From sequence record DRR378314_807: a stretch of DNA of 64,000 nucleotides; one strand, written 5' to 3'. Position 1 is the stretch's first letter, and each line of letters opens with the position of its first letter. The notes under the pieces were generated by a model, which was not told the DNA's origin, did not search any database, and saw nothing but the letters and a program-made list of their open reading frames with translations. Positions 1-9,024 of this stretch are shown piece by piece. The position numbers and the translations under genes are program-made.

Positions 1-1391
1 TTGTCTGTAATACGTTTGCGCAACTCAACACCTTGGTAAGCTGCCAGCAAGGTTGCGATAACTACCTGTTCGGTCAATTCCAAAATTCGGATGCAGTCGC
101 GAGCCGCAATAGTGCCCATGCTCACTTTGTCCTGATTATGGCACTCGGTTGAGCGGGAAAAAACACTGGCGGGCATGGTTAGTTTCAATGCCTCAGCGGT
201 CCAGGCTGAGCAACCAATTTGCACCGCTTTAAAGCCGTGGTTAATAGACTTACGCTCACCTTCTGCCGCAGACAGGTTCGAGGGCAAGCCGTGGTTCATC
301 TTTGTGTCCATTAACAACGCCATTTGCCGGTCGTGTAAATCTGCCAGGTTCGCTACAGCAGTTTTCATTGAGTCCATCACCATGGCAATGTGGCCACCAT
401 AAAAATGACCGCCGTGCAGAACATGCTCTCCCAAACCATCAATAATTGGGTTGTCGTTAGCGCTGTTTAGCTCGTTTTCTATGGTTTCTTTAAACCACGG
501 TAAACTGTCTTTAAGTACGCCGATAACATGAGGCGCGCAGCGAATGGAGTACCGGTCCTGCAGACGCGATGAATTCCTCGGATGCTCCACATGGTTCAGA
601 TCTTGTTGGATCCAGCTGGCGACCTGTTGCTGCCCTTTATGAGGTTTCACGGCAAAAAGCAGGTCATCAAAATGGTTACTGTTGCCTTCTAAAGCAATGC
701 TCGCCAAAGAAGTAATGCGGCTGGATAACCGGGTTAGATACTCCGCTCTGTCCCACGCCAGGCAAGCCAAAGCCGTCATCACGGCGGTACCGTTCATAAT
801 AGCCAGACCTTCCTTTGGCCGCAGCTTGTGAACCGACATACCAATCTGCTCAAAGGCTTCTGCGCTGTTCATCACTTTATCGCGAAAACGCACATCACGC
901 TCACCAATAAGCGCGCCGGCAATGTACGACAAAGGCGTAAGATCACCACTGGCACCAACACTGCCCTCTTTTGGAATAAGCGGCAGCATGTTTTCGTTCA
1001 ACATCACCACCAGGCGCTCCAACAGCTCCCAGCTGACACCGGAATAGCCTTGTGCCAACGAGCTTAAGCGGGTTGCCAGAATAGCGCGGGTTTCCTGTTC
1101 ATCAAAGGTGTCACCCAGGCCACAACCATGAAAACGCGTAAGATGAATGGGCAACTCGTTAACCAGGTTCTCCGGTACCGATACTGTGCAGCTGTCTCCG
1201 TACCCCGTTGTCACGCCATAAATCACGCCGTCCTGCTCTAACAGCTCATCCAGAAAACGAACCCCGGCATCGACTTTTTCAACAAACTCCGGCGCGTCGC
1301 TTAACGCGACCTGCGCTTTGCCATTGGCTATTTCTACCACGTCTTTAATGGTCAACGGGCGGCCACCAAAGGCTATAATTGATGTCGTCAT
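1..1391 (-). CDS. MIO-dependent aromatic amino acid ammonia-lyase (HAL/PAL/TAL family), 3' end runs off the window
   Basis: Absent from the ORF track because it has no stop in the window. Manual translation from ATG at 1391 gives MTTSIIAFGGRPLTIKDVVEIANG..., IYGVTTGYG (~1200-1223), LTRFHGCG and the MIO signature GASGDLTPLSY (~925-956). Confidence 0.93.
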   Translation of the reverse strand, partial: MTTSIIAFGGRPLTIKDVVEIANGKAQVALSDAPEFVEKVDAGVRFLDELLEQDGVIYGVTTGYGDSCTVSVPENLVNELPIHLTRFHGCGLGDTFDEQETRAILATRLSSLAQGYSGVSWELLERLVVMLNENMLPLIPKEGSVGASGDLTPLSYIAGALIGERDVRFRDKVMNSAEAFEQIGMSVHKLRPKEGLAIMNGTAVMTALACLAWDRAEYLTRLSSRITSLASIALEGNSNHFDDLLFAVKPHKGQQQVASWIQQDLNHVEHPRNSSRLQDRYSIRCAPHVIGVLKDSLPWFKETIENELNSANDNPIIDGLGEHVLHGGHFYGGHIAMVMDSMKTAVANLADLHDRQMALLMDTKMNHGLPSNLSAAEGERKSINHGFKAVQIGCSAWTAEALKLTMPASVFSRSTECHNQDKVSMGTIAARDCIRILELTEQVVIATLLAAYQGVELRKRITD

Positions 1392-1392
1392 A

Positions 1393-2337
1393 CTACTGAC
1401 TGTCCTTCTTCCAGAAATCAAAAAAATTAAACCACTGATAAGGGTAGCGCATCGCCAGCTTCTCCAGCGTTTCACTATAAGCTTTCAGCACTGGCTGCAA
1501 AGCTTCCCGCCTGCTTTTCCGGGGGAGTTTGAGTTGGTCACACGCGTGGTTCAGATATAAATCGTAATGCCCGTCGTTGGGGTTCTTTAAGCAGAACAAA
1601 AAATACACCGGGCATTCTAACACACTGGCTAATATCCACGGTCCTAAGGCAAATGAGACTGGCTTACCTAAAAAGTCCTGCTCTATGGTTTGTCCGGGCT
1701 GAGTCACCGAAGTGCGATCACCGACAATAACCACAAACTCGCCTTGTTCAATGCGCTCTTTCAGCAGTATAGTCAGCCCCATATCAATGTCGGTCACCTG
1801 AATCAGGTCGATATCGACTTTCGGGTTTACGTCTTTCAATGCACGGTTAAACGACTGCGCATGCTGAGTGAACACCAGTACATTCATGCGCCGGGTATAC
1901 TTTTTTGAAGCCAGCGCTCGCGCAACTTCCAGATTACCCAGATGGCTACCAATAAGAATGCCGCCCTGAGGCTGCTTTTCTAAGTCGTCAAAGTGCGTGT
2001 CACCACAATTACGTACCTGATTCTTAGACACCTTACCGACCCAGGCATCAATTTTTGCCAGAGCGTGCAAACCAAATTGCCAGAAATGGTACCAACTTTG
2101 GCGCCAACCCGGCTCAGCAGTAAAAGGAGACCGTTCAGCAGCATATGAATGCACGCGACGAAGGAAGTCCAGAGAGGCCCTACGAGGATCCCCCCCGGTC
2201 AAAAAGAAGTAAGTGATCACTGGCGCTAGAATCAGCCGCATTAGCCAATGGCCGCCATACTGATAGGCTCGAAGAACAATAACGATGCCCCAGTAGCTGC
2301 CGCGCTCTTTCTTTTTCGCCCAGTGCTTCTCCACCAT
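1393..2337 (-). CDS. LpxL/lauroyl-type acyltransferase (equivalent to the C-terminal half of ApeJ)
   Basis: N-terminal HWAKKKERGS, SHLGNLE acyltransferase motif, VGDR, C-terminal YPYQWFNFFDFW; APE cluster context. Confidence 0.85.
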   Translation of the reverse strand: MVEKHWAKKKERGSYWGIVIVLRAYQYGGHWLMRLILAPVITYFFLTGGDPRRASLDFLRRVHSYAAERSPFTAEPGWRQSWYHFWQFGLHALAKIDAWVGKVSKNQVRNCGDTHFDDLEKQPQGGILIGSHLGNLEVARALASKKYTRRMNVLVFTQHAQSFNRALKDVNPKVDIDLIQVTDIDMGLTILLKERIEQGEFVVIVGDRTSVTQPGQTIEQDFLGKPVSFALGPWILASVLECPVYFLFCLKNPNDGHYDLYLNHACDQLKLPRKSRREALQPVLKAYSETLEKLAMRYPYQWFNFFDFWKKDSQ

Positions 2338-2339
2338 AA

Positions 2340-3080
2340 TTAGCTTTTAAACCTGCGCAGTAATATAAGTGGTATGCGCGGCAACATGCCGAAAAACAGG
2401 CGCGTATGCAGCCAGGAAATTTTCAGGTTGTCCTGCAGTGCGCGAAAATGTGACTGTCCGCCTTGTGGATAAATCACTTTGGTTGGAATAAACAAAACCG
2501 GTGTACCTGCCCAGTATAGACGCACCATAATTTCAATATCGAAATCCATGCGTGTGCCGATATGACGACGCTTTATCAAGCCGACCGTCTGGTACAAGGG
2601 ATATACCCGAAAACCACACATAGTATCCTTTATCTGCATCGATAAGGTTTCGATATGCACCCAAAAGTGAGTGATCTTGCGCCCAATGCGTCGGCTGGTC
2701 GGCATGCTCTCATCGTATTGAGGGTATCCACTTATCAGCGCACCAGGGTTTTGCTTTGATAAGGCTAAAAATTCAGGAATATCGTTACTATCATGCTGGC
2801 CGTCTGAATCTATTTGCAGCGCGTGAGTAAAGCCCTCTTCAGCGGCTACATGAAAGCCAGCCATAACCGCTCCGCCTTTGCCGCTATTTTCGGGAAGCGT
2901 GTGCAGTAATACAAGCGACTTATGCTCTTCCGCCAAAGTCGCCAAAACTTCCTTGGTGTGATCATTTGAGCCATCATCAACAATAATAATTGGCAACTCG
3001 TAAGGCAGCAGTCGCTCAACCGTCGCAGTGATGGTCTTATCGTGATTATAAATAGGAATAAGAAAGCAATACTGAGACAT
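2340..3080 (-). CDS. Glycosyltransferase family 2 (equivalent to the N-terminal half of ApeJ)
   Basis: LIPIYNH, IVDDGS, GKGGA, IDSDGQH, DTMCGFRVYP. Start moved from 3167 to the ATG at 3080 to avoid overlap with the dehydratase. Confidence 0.9.
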   Translation of the reverse strand: MSQYCFLIPIYNHDKTITATVERLLPYELPIIIVDDGSNDHTKEVLATLAEEHKSLVLLHTLPENSGKGGAVMAGFHVAAEEGFTHALQIDSDGQHDSNDIPEFLALSKQNPGALISGYPQYDESMPTSRRIGRKITHFWVHIETLSMQIKDTMCGFRVYPLYQTVGLIKRRHIGTRMDFDIEIMVRLYWAGTPVLFIPTKVIYPQGGQSHFRALQDNLKISWLHTRLFFGMLPRIPLILLRRFKS

Positions 3081-3081
3081 A

Positions 3082-3438
3082 TTAATTAAACACCAGGCGT
3101 CCGGAAGACAGCGCTTTATCACCGTCAGAGTATTTAAACGTGATGCAGTCATCGCGCTTTCTTTCAATCAGCAAATCGACTGTCGCACCAGGCAAAATCA
3201 TGTCGTTAAACTTTAGCACTTCAATACGCTGAATGGATGTTGGTGTCGACCAATGTTGCCCCGCTAGCTGAATGACCCAGTCCATTTGAGCAACCCCGGG
3301 AAGAATCGGGGTTGAAGGAAAATGCCCTTGCAAATAAATACAGTCCGCTGCCAGCTTAAACCGACCGCAAAGTAGAGGCTTTTCTTTGTCACTGAGCCCT
3401 TCGGAGAAACTTATAAAATCAGGTAATTGAGTCTGCAT
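3082..3438 (-). CDS. apeI: ApeI-like hotdog-fold 3-hydroxyacyl-ACP dehydratase
   Basis: LQGHFPSTPILPGVAQMDW FabA/FabZ-like motif, LKF..MILPG, SSGR C-terminus; gene order. Confidence 0.85.
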   Translation of the reverse strand: MQTQLPDFISFSEGLSDKEKPLLCGRFKLAADCIYLQGHFPSTPILPGVAQMDWVIQLAGQHWSTPTSIQRIEVLKFNDMILPGATVDLLIERKRDDCITFKYSDGDKALSSGRLVFN

Positions 3439-3445
3439 GTTATTG

Positions 3446-4813
3446 CTATTCCTCTTCGAACAAAGCCTGTAGATCGGTTTGTGTCACTTTACCGGCACCG
3501 TTATATGGCAACTGCTGCACATAACGGAAACGTTTAGGTACAACCACTTTTTCAAATCTCTGCAGTAAGTGGTGTCGCAACTCTTGTCGCGCTTTAAATC
3601 GCCCCTGAGTGCTAAGCTGATTAACGCCTTCAGGCGTTAATATTAAAACTAAGCCCAGTTCAACACGCGGGCTATGTAACACACAAGCTTTAGCTGACTC
3701 GACCCAGTCATGGCGCTGAATGAACTGTTCTACTTCGTTAAGAGCCACTCGTTTTTCGGCAATTTTTACAATTCGGTCCTGCCGCCCCAACAACTGAAAA
3801 TCTCCCTGCCCCTGAAGCCGGGCTTTATCTTCTGTTGTGTAAGGCTTTTGCGGATTATTCAGATACGGTGACTGAATAACCAGTAAACCGTTGTGATTGC
3901 AGCTCGCATCCACTCCCGCCAGAGTCTGAAAGTTTTCATTAGAGCCCGGGTTGCGCCGACGCCAGCCTATACCCCCTGTCTCCGTACTACCATACACTTC
4001 AATTGGCGCGTTTAACTCATGTTCAGCAAAATCTTCAGGAACAGAATTGGGTAGCGGACCGCCTGATGAGAAGACCGTGGCCAAAGAATGGCTGTACTTA
4101 GCAAGCTGAGGTAAATTATCCAGCCGCTGCAAATGCGCAGGGCTGCTTATTAAAGCGTAACGCTGGCAATTAGCTTTCGCCAATATTTGCTGCAACTGCT
4201 CAGGGTAGTCGACCAAAGGCAAAGTCACCGGACGGCGCGCAGCAAGCGGCCAAAGTACCGTGAATAACAGTCCGTAAATGTGCTGATGTGTGACCGTTGA
4301 CATTATATTGGCCGGCCCTAATTGCTCCGCAAAGGTTTGTTCCAGCGTAATCACTTCTAACCATAACTGCCTGAGCGTTTTTCTGACGGCTTTGGGTTTG
4401 CCACTGCTGCCCGAGGTGAAAAATGTCAGTTGAGAATTTAAGCTGCCTTTCAGTGTTAAAGCAGGTATGTCCGAACTCACGTGTTGAGGTAATTCAGACG
4501 GGACTCTGAACGAATAGTGCGACGACAGCTCTGACAACGTTGCCGGCTTATCATTGGCTGGCAGAACAGTTCTCTTTTCACTATTGAGTAAAGCGAACAG
4601 CCAGACACTAAAATGATACCAGTCGCGATGATAAAGCAGCGCATCACCGTCTTGTTCACTTAGCCAGTGGGTTGCCGCCGCAATATCCTTTAGCCACACC
4701 GATGCGCTTATAGACTGCCCTTCCACTACGGCCAGCTCAGTATCTGCTTGCTGCCACTGCAGCTGCCATTGCTCAGTGTTTATGTTTAACAACACGTCGC
4801 ACACTCCACTCAA
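3446..4813 (-). CDS. apeH: ApeH-like acyl-ACP synthetase (AMP-binding)
   Basis: FTSGSSGKPK P-loop, HQHIYGLLF, EVYGSTETGG, GRQDRIVKI, GK near the C-terminus. Exact start uncertain (overlaps the upstream gene). Confidence 0.88.
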   Translation of the reverse strand: MSGVCDVLLNINTEQWQLQWQQADTELAVVEGQSISASVWLKDIAAATHWLSEQDGDALLYHRDWYHFSVWLFALLNSEKRTVLPANDKPATLSELSSHYSFRVPSELPQHVSSDIPALTLKGSLNSQLTFFTSGSSGKPKAVRKTLRQLWLEVITLEQTFAEQLGPANIMSTVTHQHIYGLLFTVLWPLAARRPVTLPLVDYPEQLQQILAKANCQRYALISSPAHLQRLDNLPQLAKYSHSLATVFSSGGPLPNSVPEDFAEHELNAPIEVYGSTETGGIGWRRRNPGSNENFQTLAGVDASCNHNGLLVIQSPYLNNPQKPYTTEDKARLQGQGDFQLLGRQDRIVKIAEKRVALNEVEQFIQRHDWVESAKACVLHSPRVELGLVLILTPEGVNQLSTQGRFKARQELRHHLLQRFEKVVVPKRFRYVQQLPYNGAGKVTQTDLQALFEEE

Positions 4814-5321
4814 TCACAAAGAGTAAACCAATCAGAACGTAGGAAATAAAACCGTTGTATAGCGTCCAGAGTTTGAGGTCGCCATGCACCGCAGTTACCA
4901 GCGAAATAGCGCCATTCACGAGGAAAAATATCGTCCAGACCAGCGTCACTTTTTCAGTGTAAGCAACCGCTTTATCTGACAAGGAACCTTCCATAAGCAT
5001 GGCAAGGCGAGTTATCACCGCTGGTTTGCGCCATAATGATGCAAGGAAAACCAGCAACAAGGCGCTGTTCATCCAAACGGGATAAAACAGCACGCCAGTC
5101 AACTGGTCTGCGAAAATAGCTGTCACTGAAACAACCAGAAGTACTGCCAGCGTAAGCCAGCTTCTGGGGTGACGAATGCCCTGGGAAACAATACTTAAAC
5201 TCAGTAATGCCAGCAGAACCAGCAATAACCAGTTAGTTAGCCCGTTCTGCGCCAGCCACCAGACAAGTAGCGGGTAGGCAATCAGTAAACCACTGATTAA
5301 TAAGCGCAGACCGTTTTTCAT
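4773..5321 (-). CDS. apeG: COG4648-like membrane protein (ApeG-like)
   Basis: Several hydrophobic helices, YTEKVTLVW, WTLYNGFISY; lies between the ACP and the synthetase as in APE clusters. Confidence 0.82.
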   Translation of the reverse strand: MKNGLRLLISGLLIAYPLLVWWLAQNGLTNWLLLVLLALLSLSIVSQGIRHPRSWLTLAVLLVVSVTAIFADQLTGVLFYPVWMNSALLLVFLASLWRKPAVITRLAMLMEGSLSDKAVAYTEKVTLVWTIFFLVNGAISLVTAVHGDLKLWTLYNGFISYVLIGLLFVIEWSVRRVVKHKH

Positions 5322-5572
5322 TAGTCGCTGTGAACGAGTTTATAAACTTCTTCGACAACATCTTCGACTGTGCGCACAGCTTTAAACGCGTCCGGACTGA
5401 TTTTCTTGCCGGTAATTTCGCGTAATTTCACGACTAAATCCACCGCATCAATCGAATCAAGGTCAAGATCCTGATACAAGTTAGCGTCCAGAGAAATGTC
5501 GCCAGAATCGATTTCAAAATCTTCTTCCAGAATTTGAGTCAACCGCGCATATACTTCGTCTCTTGTCTTCAT
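5321..5572 (-). CDS. apeF: Acyl carrier protein
   Basis: DLDLDSIDAVDL phosphopantetheine motif; acidic 83 aa. Confidence 0.92.
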   Translation of the reverse strand: MKTRDEVYARLTQILEEDFEIDSGDISLDANLYQDLDLDSIDAVDLVVKLREITGKKISPDAFKAVRTVEDVVEEVYKLVHSD

Positions 5573-5583
5573 CGTTCCCTCGT

Positions 5584-5856
5584 TTACTCACCACGGTTAT
5601 TAGCGACAAATTCCGCTAACGTATCGACACTATAAAAATGCTTTTTTGTTTCTGCTGAATTAGCGTCCAGCTTCACGTCATATTTTTTCTTTATCGCCAG
5701 ACCTAACTCCAGCGCATCAATAGAATCAAGATTCAAGCCATCGTCATCGTCTCCGAACAACGCCGCCGAATCATTAATATCTGCTATCTCTACGTCTTCA
5801 AGATCCAGCGACTCGATAATCAAGGCTTTGATCTCTTGCTTCAGGTTTTCCGTCAT
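5584..5856 (-). CDS. apeE: Acyl carrier protein
   Basis: GLNLDSIDALELGLAI motif; acidic 90 aa. Confidence 0.92.
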   Translation of the reverse strand: MTENLKQEIKALIIESLDLEDVEIADINDSAALFGDDDDGLNLDSIDALELGLAIKKKYDVKLDANSAETKKHFYSVDTLAEFVANNRGE

Positions 5857-6634
5857 CTTCTAACACCTTTTCATAGTAATTCTGTAAATCGCGAGTCAGT
5901 TGACGCGCAGCAATACTGAGTTTTTCAGCATCGCAATAAGAAGCTGAGTCGATTTCACCAAGATAACGCACCGATAAAGTCGGTTTCCGTTCAGGCGCGC
6001 AATACCAGGCTTCATTTTTAATCAATGTCACCGGCAAACAATCTACTCGCAATGCCGTAATTTTTGCCCTGGTACGTAATGCCAGATGCGCCGCGCCACG
6101 CTGGAACTTTATTCTTTTTCCCGGAGTGGTTCGTGTGCCCTCAGGAAAAATTATTAGGTTATTACCACGCGCTAAAGAGCGTTCACAATCCGTAACCAAA
6201 CCTTCAGGGTCATCATTGCTGATATAACCTGTTGAGCGGATGACACCGCGCATAAAGGGATTTTTCCATAGATGGGACTTAACAACGCAATCCGGGTTCG
6301 GCACAAAAGAAATTAATGCTACCACGTCAATCAAACACGGATGGTTTGCAATAATAACGTGACCCCGGGTTCCTTTAAGTTGTTCAATCGCTTGAAAGTC
6401 GAAGTTGAACACGCCAGTCCACTTCATTATTCCGATAAACCAGCGGAACGTCATTTGTACCAAGCGCCTGGCTCGTGCTTCGCGCTGTCTCTCATTACCA
6501 TTAGATAATAACGCCAACGCCGGCAGTGCCGTAATAGACAGCAATAAACCGCCTAGCCCAAAAACGGCAAAGCATAGCCCGGTCGCGAAACGCCGCCAGG
6601 TACGATTGATTATCTGCCAGAGACTAAGCAACAT
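5798..6634 (-). CDS. apeD: Lysophospholipid (PlsC-like) acyltransferase, ApeD-like
   Basis: ANHPCLID (HX4D) and FPEGTRT motifs. Confidence 0.9.
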   Translation of the reverse strand: MLLSLWQIINRTWRRFATGLCFAVFGLGGLLLSITALPALALLSNGNERQREARARRLVQMTFRWFIGIMKWTGVFNFDFQAIEQLKGTRGHVIIANHPCLIDVVALISFVPNPDCVVKSHLWKNPFMRGVIRSTGYISNDDPEGLVTDCERSLARGNNLIIFPEGTRTTPGKRIKFQRGAAHLALRTRAKITALRVDCLPVTLIKNEAWYCAPERKPTLSVRYLGEIDSASYCDAEKLSIAARQLTRDLQNYYEKVLEDDGKPEARDQSLDYRVAGS

Positions 6635-7292
6635 GCCAGCTCCACCGTACTCCCTTATAGTCTTTCACCACCTTGCCGCTACAGGAGTTCAGCATCTGTT
6701 GAACGCCGTTGGCAACTAACCAGACGTCTTCCTGTAACTGACTTTCTTTTTCAACAAGGCGATCCAAAATCAGTTTCTGTCCGTTTTCTCTATCGAGTAA
6801 AACCGCATGCGCAAAGCTTTTCACTGGCGAACGAACTTGACCAGAGTAAACAGCCGGTGGTACTTCATCAGCATAAACCAACAGTACCTGCCTGGTTTCG
6901 CTTTGTACTTGGCTTACAGCTTCCAGCCACCCCAGGGGGTAAGTTTGCTCACCGGCAGACAAAGTGGTCATAGCCTGTCGATTGTCTGCCGCCATACTGT
7001 ATTGCCCCAGCACAGCATTATTCACCGACAACGCAAACTGCGTCGGCGACAAGACCTCGCCACGCACCAATTCCCGTAGTAACTTTTCAGTACGATGTAA
7101 GTCGCCATGCCGCGTTGCCAAAACCACTGGTGTCTCTTTTAACTGCGGATGCCGTTCGCTTAGCTCCAGTATGGCTGTCATTATGACTTTTGCATACGAA
7201 CTCAGTCGCCGCCGGGTAGAAGCCGGTATTTGCTTCAGCCGCTCACGACATTCGGTTTCGACTAATGTACTATCAGCAACAAAAGCTCGCAT
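6624..7292 (-). CDS. apeC: Beta-ketoacyl synthase chain-length factor, ApeC-like
   Basis: RRRLS, ATRHGD, LSPTQFALSVNNA, LLVYADE; first gene of the operon. Confidence 0.85.
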   Translation of the reverse strand: MRAFVADSTLVETECRERLKQIPASTRRRLSSYAKVIMTAILELSERHPQLKETPVVLATRHGDLHRTEKLLRELVRGEVLSPTQFALSVNNAVLGQYSMAADNRQAMTTLSAGEQTYPLGWLEAVSQVQSETRQVLLVYADEVPPAVYSGQVRSPVKSFAHAVLLDRENGQKLILDRLVEKESQLQEDVWLVANGVQQMLNSCSGKVVKDYKGVRWSWHVA

Positions 7293-7371
7293 AGGATTCT
7301 GGGCAGATACTCAAAAAAGAAGCGGAATAGTACAGAATCTCAGCGGACATTTCAAAAATATAACATCGCAT

Positions 7372-7929
7372 ATGGTTATCGGATATAGACTCTACAACGA
7401 AGCGGCGTCAACGCAACAGGTGTCGGCAGCCGCTAAAAACCTGCTCGTGCAGCTTGTCAAAAAGTATTGGCCTGCTGCTGAACCTCTGCAAATCTCTATT
7501 GAAAACAGCGACTCCGGTGCGCCGCTATTAAATGTGGATGGATGCCCTGTTTACTGTTCTCTTTCTCATAAATCTGGGTGTATCGCTGCGGCTTACTCGA
7601 CGAAAGGTAGTATCGGCATTGACCTGGAGAATGTGCATACGCGAAAAGACTACCACCGTATTCGCGACTATTATAAGAACGGTTTCCTGGCTGGCAGTAC
7701 CTTAACTAAAAGTGATTTTTTTCATCGCTGGACCCTGGCTGAAGCTTTCGCGAAAGCCTCAGGTGTACCTTTACTTAGCGTACTAGAGAGACCACTTCAC
7801 AGACAAAAACACTCAGCAAAATATTTCGAGATAGAGCCTTTTTTACTCTGTGCTTATCAGAGCAACTCATCTGAGGGAGGAGAGACTGTGTCGATATATC
7901 AGTTAGATAGCGATAACCAATGGCAGTAA
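7372..7929 (+). CDS. 4'-phosphopantetheinyl transferase (ApeA-like), divergent from the APE operon
   Basis: SGAP, SLSHKSG, GIDLE, WTLAEAFAKASG. Start moved to the in-frame ATG at 7372; the upstream part of the track ORF is antisense to apeC. Confidence 0.8.
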   Translation: MVIGYRLYNEAASTQQVSAAAKNLLVQLVKKYWPAAEPLQISIENSDSGAPLLNVDGCPVYCSLSHKSGCIAAAYSTKGSIGIDLENVHTRKDYHRIRDYYKNGFLAGSTLTKSDFFHRWTLAEAFAKASGVPLLSVLERPLHRQKHSAKYFEIEPFLLCAYQSNSSEGGETVSIYQLDSDNQWQ

Positions 7930-8906
7930 TCCCGGGCTATCGTCTGCAGATCATGTTCGGCCTTCCAATTTAATTCCTGACGAGCTTTATCAGCCTCAGC
8001 GTAACAGCTTGCCACATCGCCCTGGCGACGCTCTGAAAACTTAATAGGAATAATGTGCCCACTTGCCTGTTCGAACGCATGGATCACGCCCAGTACCGAC
8101 TCGCCCTTGCCGGTTCCTAAGTTAAAAATATGGTGCCCGGTGCGGACAAACCCCGCTTCCAGTGCTACAACATGACCTTTTGCGACGTCACAAACATGAA
8201 TGTAGTCACGTATTGCTGTGCCATCGCAGGTCGAATAGTCACAGCCATAAACCTGAACAGAGTCAGTTTTTCGGGTTATCACATTACCTATGGCTGGGAT
8301 CAAATTAGCTGCAGGTTTAATGGGTTGCTCACCAATAACTCCCGACGGATGAGCTCCCGCCGGATTAAAATAGCGCAAACTTATAGCCGAGAAAGCGGTT
8401 TTTTTCTCACAATACTCAGCTAAGTCACACTCAGATCGATATTTGGTCTCGCCGTAGGGATTGGTTGTCGCTCCGGCCGGAGCCGATTCAGCAACAGGGA
8501 CGCACGAAGGGTTGCCGTAAACAACGGCTGAAGAGGAAAAAATTAAATGGTTAACTGAAAAGTCGCCCATTACCGCTAGCAGTCTTCGTGTTCCCTCCAC
8601 ATTCGTCAGAAAATACTTCTCTTTTAAGTAGTAACTTTCCTGAGGGTTTTTAAGTGCAGCAAAATGCATAACGGCATCAAAAGCATATTGTTTAAATAGG
8701 TCAATCAACGCATCCTGATCGCAGATATCAATCTGGTGAAAGTCGGGTCGCTCTCCCGTAACGCTCTGAATCTTATCAATTACCGACGCATGACTGTTAC
8801 TCAGATCATCAACCACAATCACCTGGTAGCCGCTAAGTATCAACTCAACAACCGTGTGCGAACCAATGAATCCGCAGCCTCCGGTAACCAATATCTGTTT
8901 CTTCAT
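7899..8906 (-). CDS. galE: UDP-glucose 4-epimerase
   Basis: TGGCGFIGSH, FSSSAVVYG, YGETK (YxxxK), LRYFNPAGAH, RDYIHV. Confidence 0.93.
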   Translation of the reverse strand: MKKQILVTGGCGFIGSHTVVELILSGYQVIVVDDLSNSHASVIDKIQSVTGERPDFHQIDICDQDALIDLFKQYAFDAVMHFAALKNPQESYYLKEKYFLTNVEGTRRLLAVMGDFSVNHLIFSSSAVVYGNPSCVPVAESAPAGATTNPYGETKYRSECDLAEYCEKKTAFSAISLRYFNPAGAHPSGVIGEQPIKPAANLIPAIGNVITRKTDSVQVYGCDYSTCDGTAIRDYIHVCDVAKGHVVALEAGFVRTGHHIFNLGTGKGESVLGVIHAFEQASGHIIPIKFSERRQGDVASCYAEADKARQELNWKAEHDLQTIARDYCHWLSLSN

Positions 8907-9024
8907 AGGTGGTGTGCCTAAAAGCCGTAACGCTGTTAAAAATCAAAGGGGCGAAATAGTATCGGCTGACTTTTCCTAACGCAACTTAAACTCATGCGCC
9001 AGCTTCAAAAGCTTTTTGTTATTC

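Noticed and set aside
175-1067. Short + strand ORFs (75 and 79 aa)
   Set aside because: Antisense shadows of the ammonia-lyase gene, which the ORF track missed because it runs off the window.
2337-2342. Frameshift pseudogene of a fused apeJ
   Set aside because: Both halves have complete motifs and the second has its own ATG 2 bp after the stop, consistent with two real genes.
6964-7371. N-terminal extension of the 321-aa + strand ORF
   Set aside because: Mostly antisense to apeC and spans the divergent promoter gap; PPTase-like sequence begins only after the ATG at 7372.
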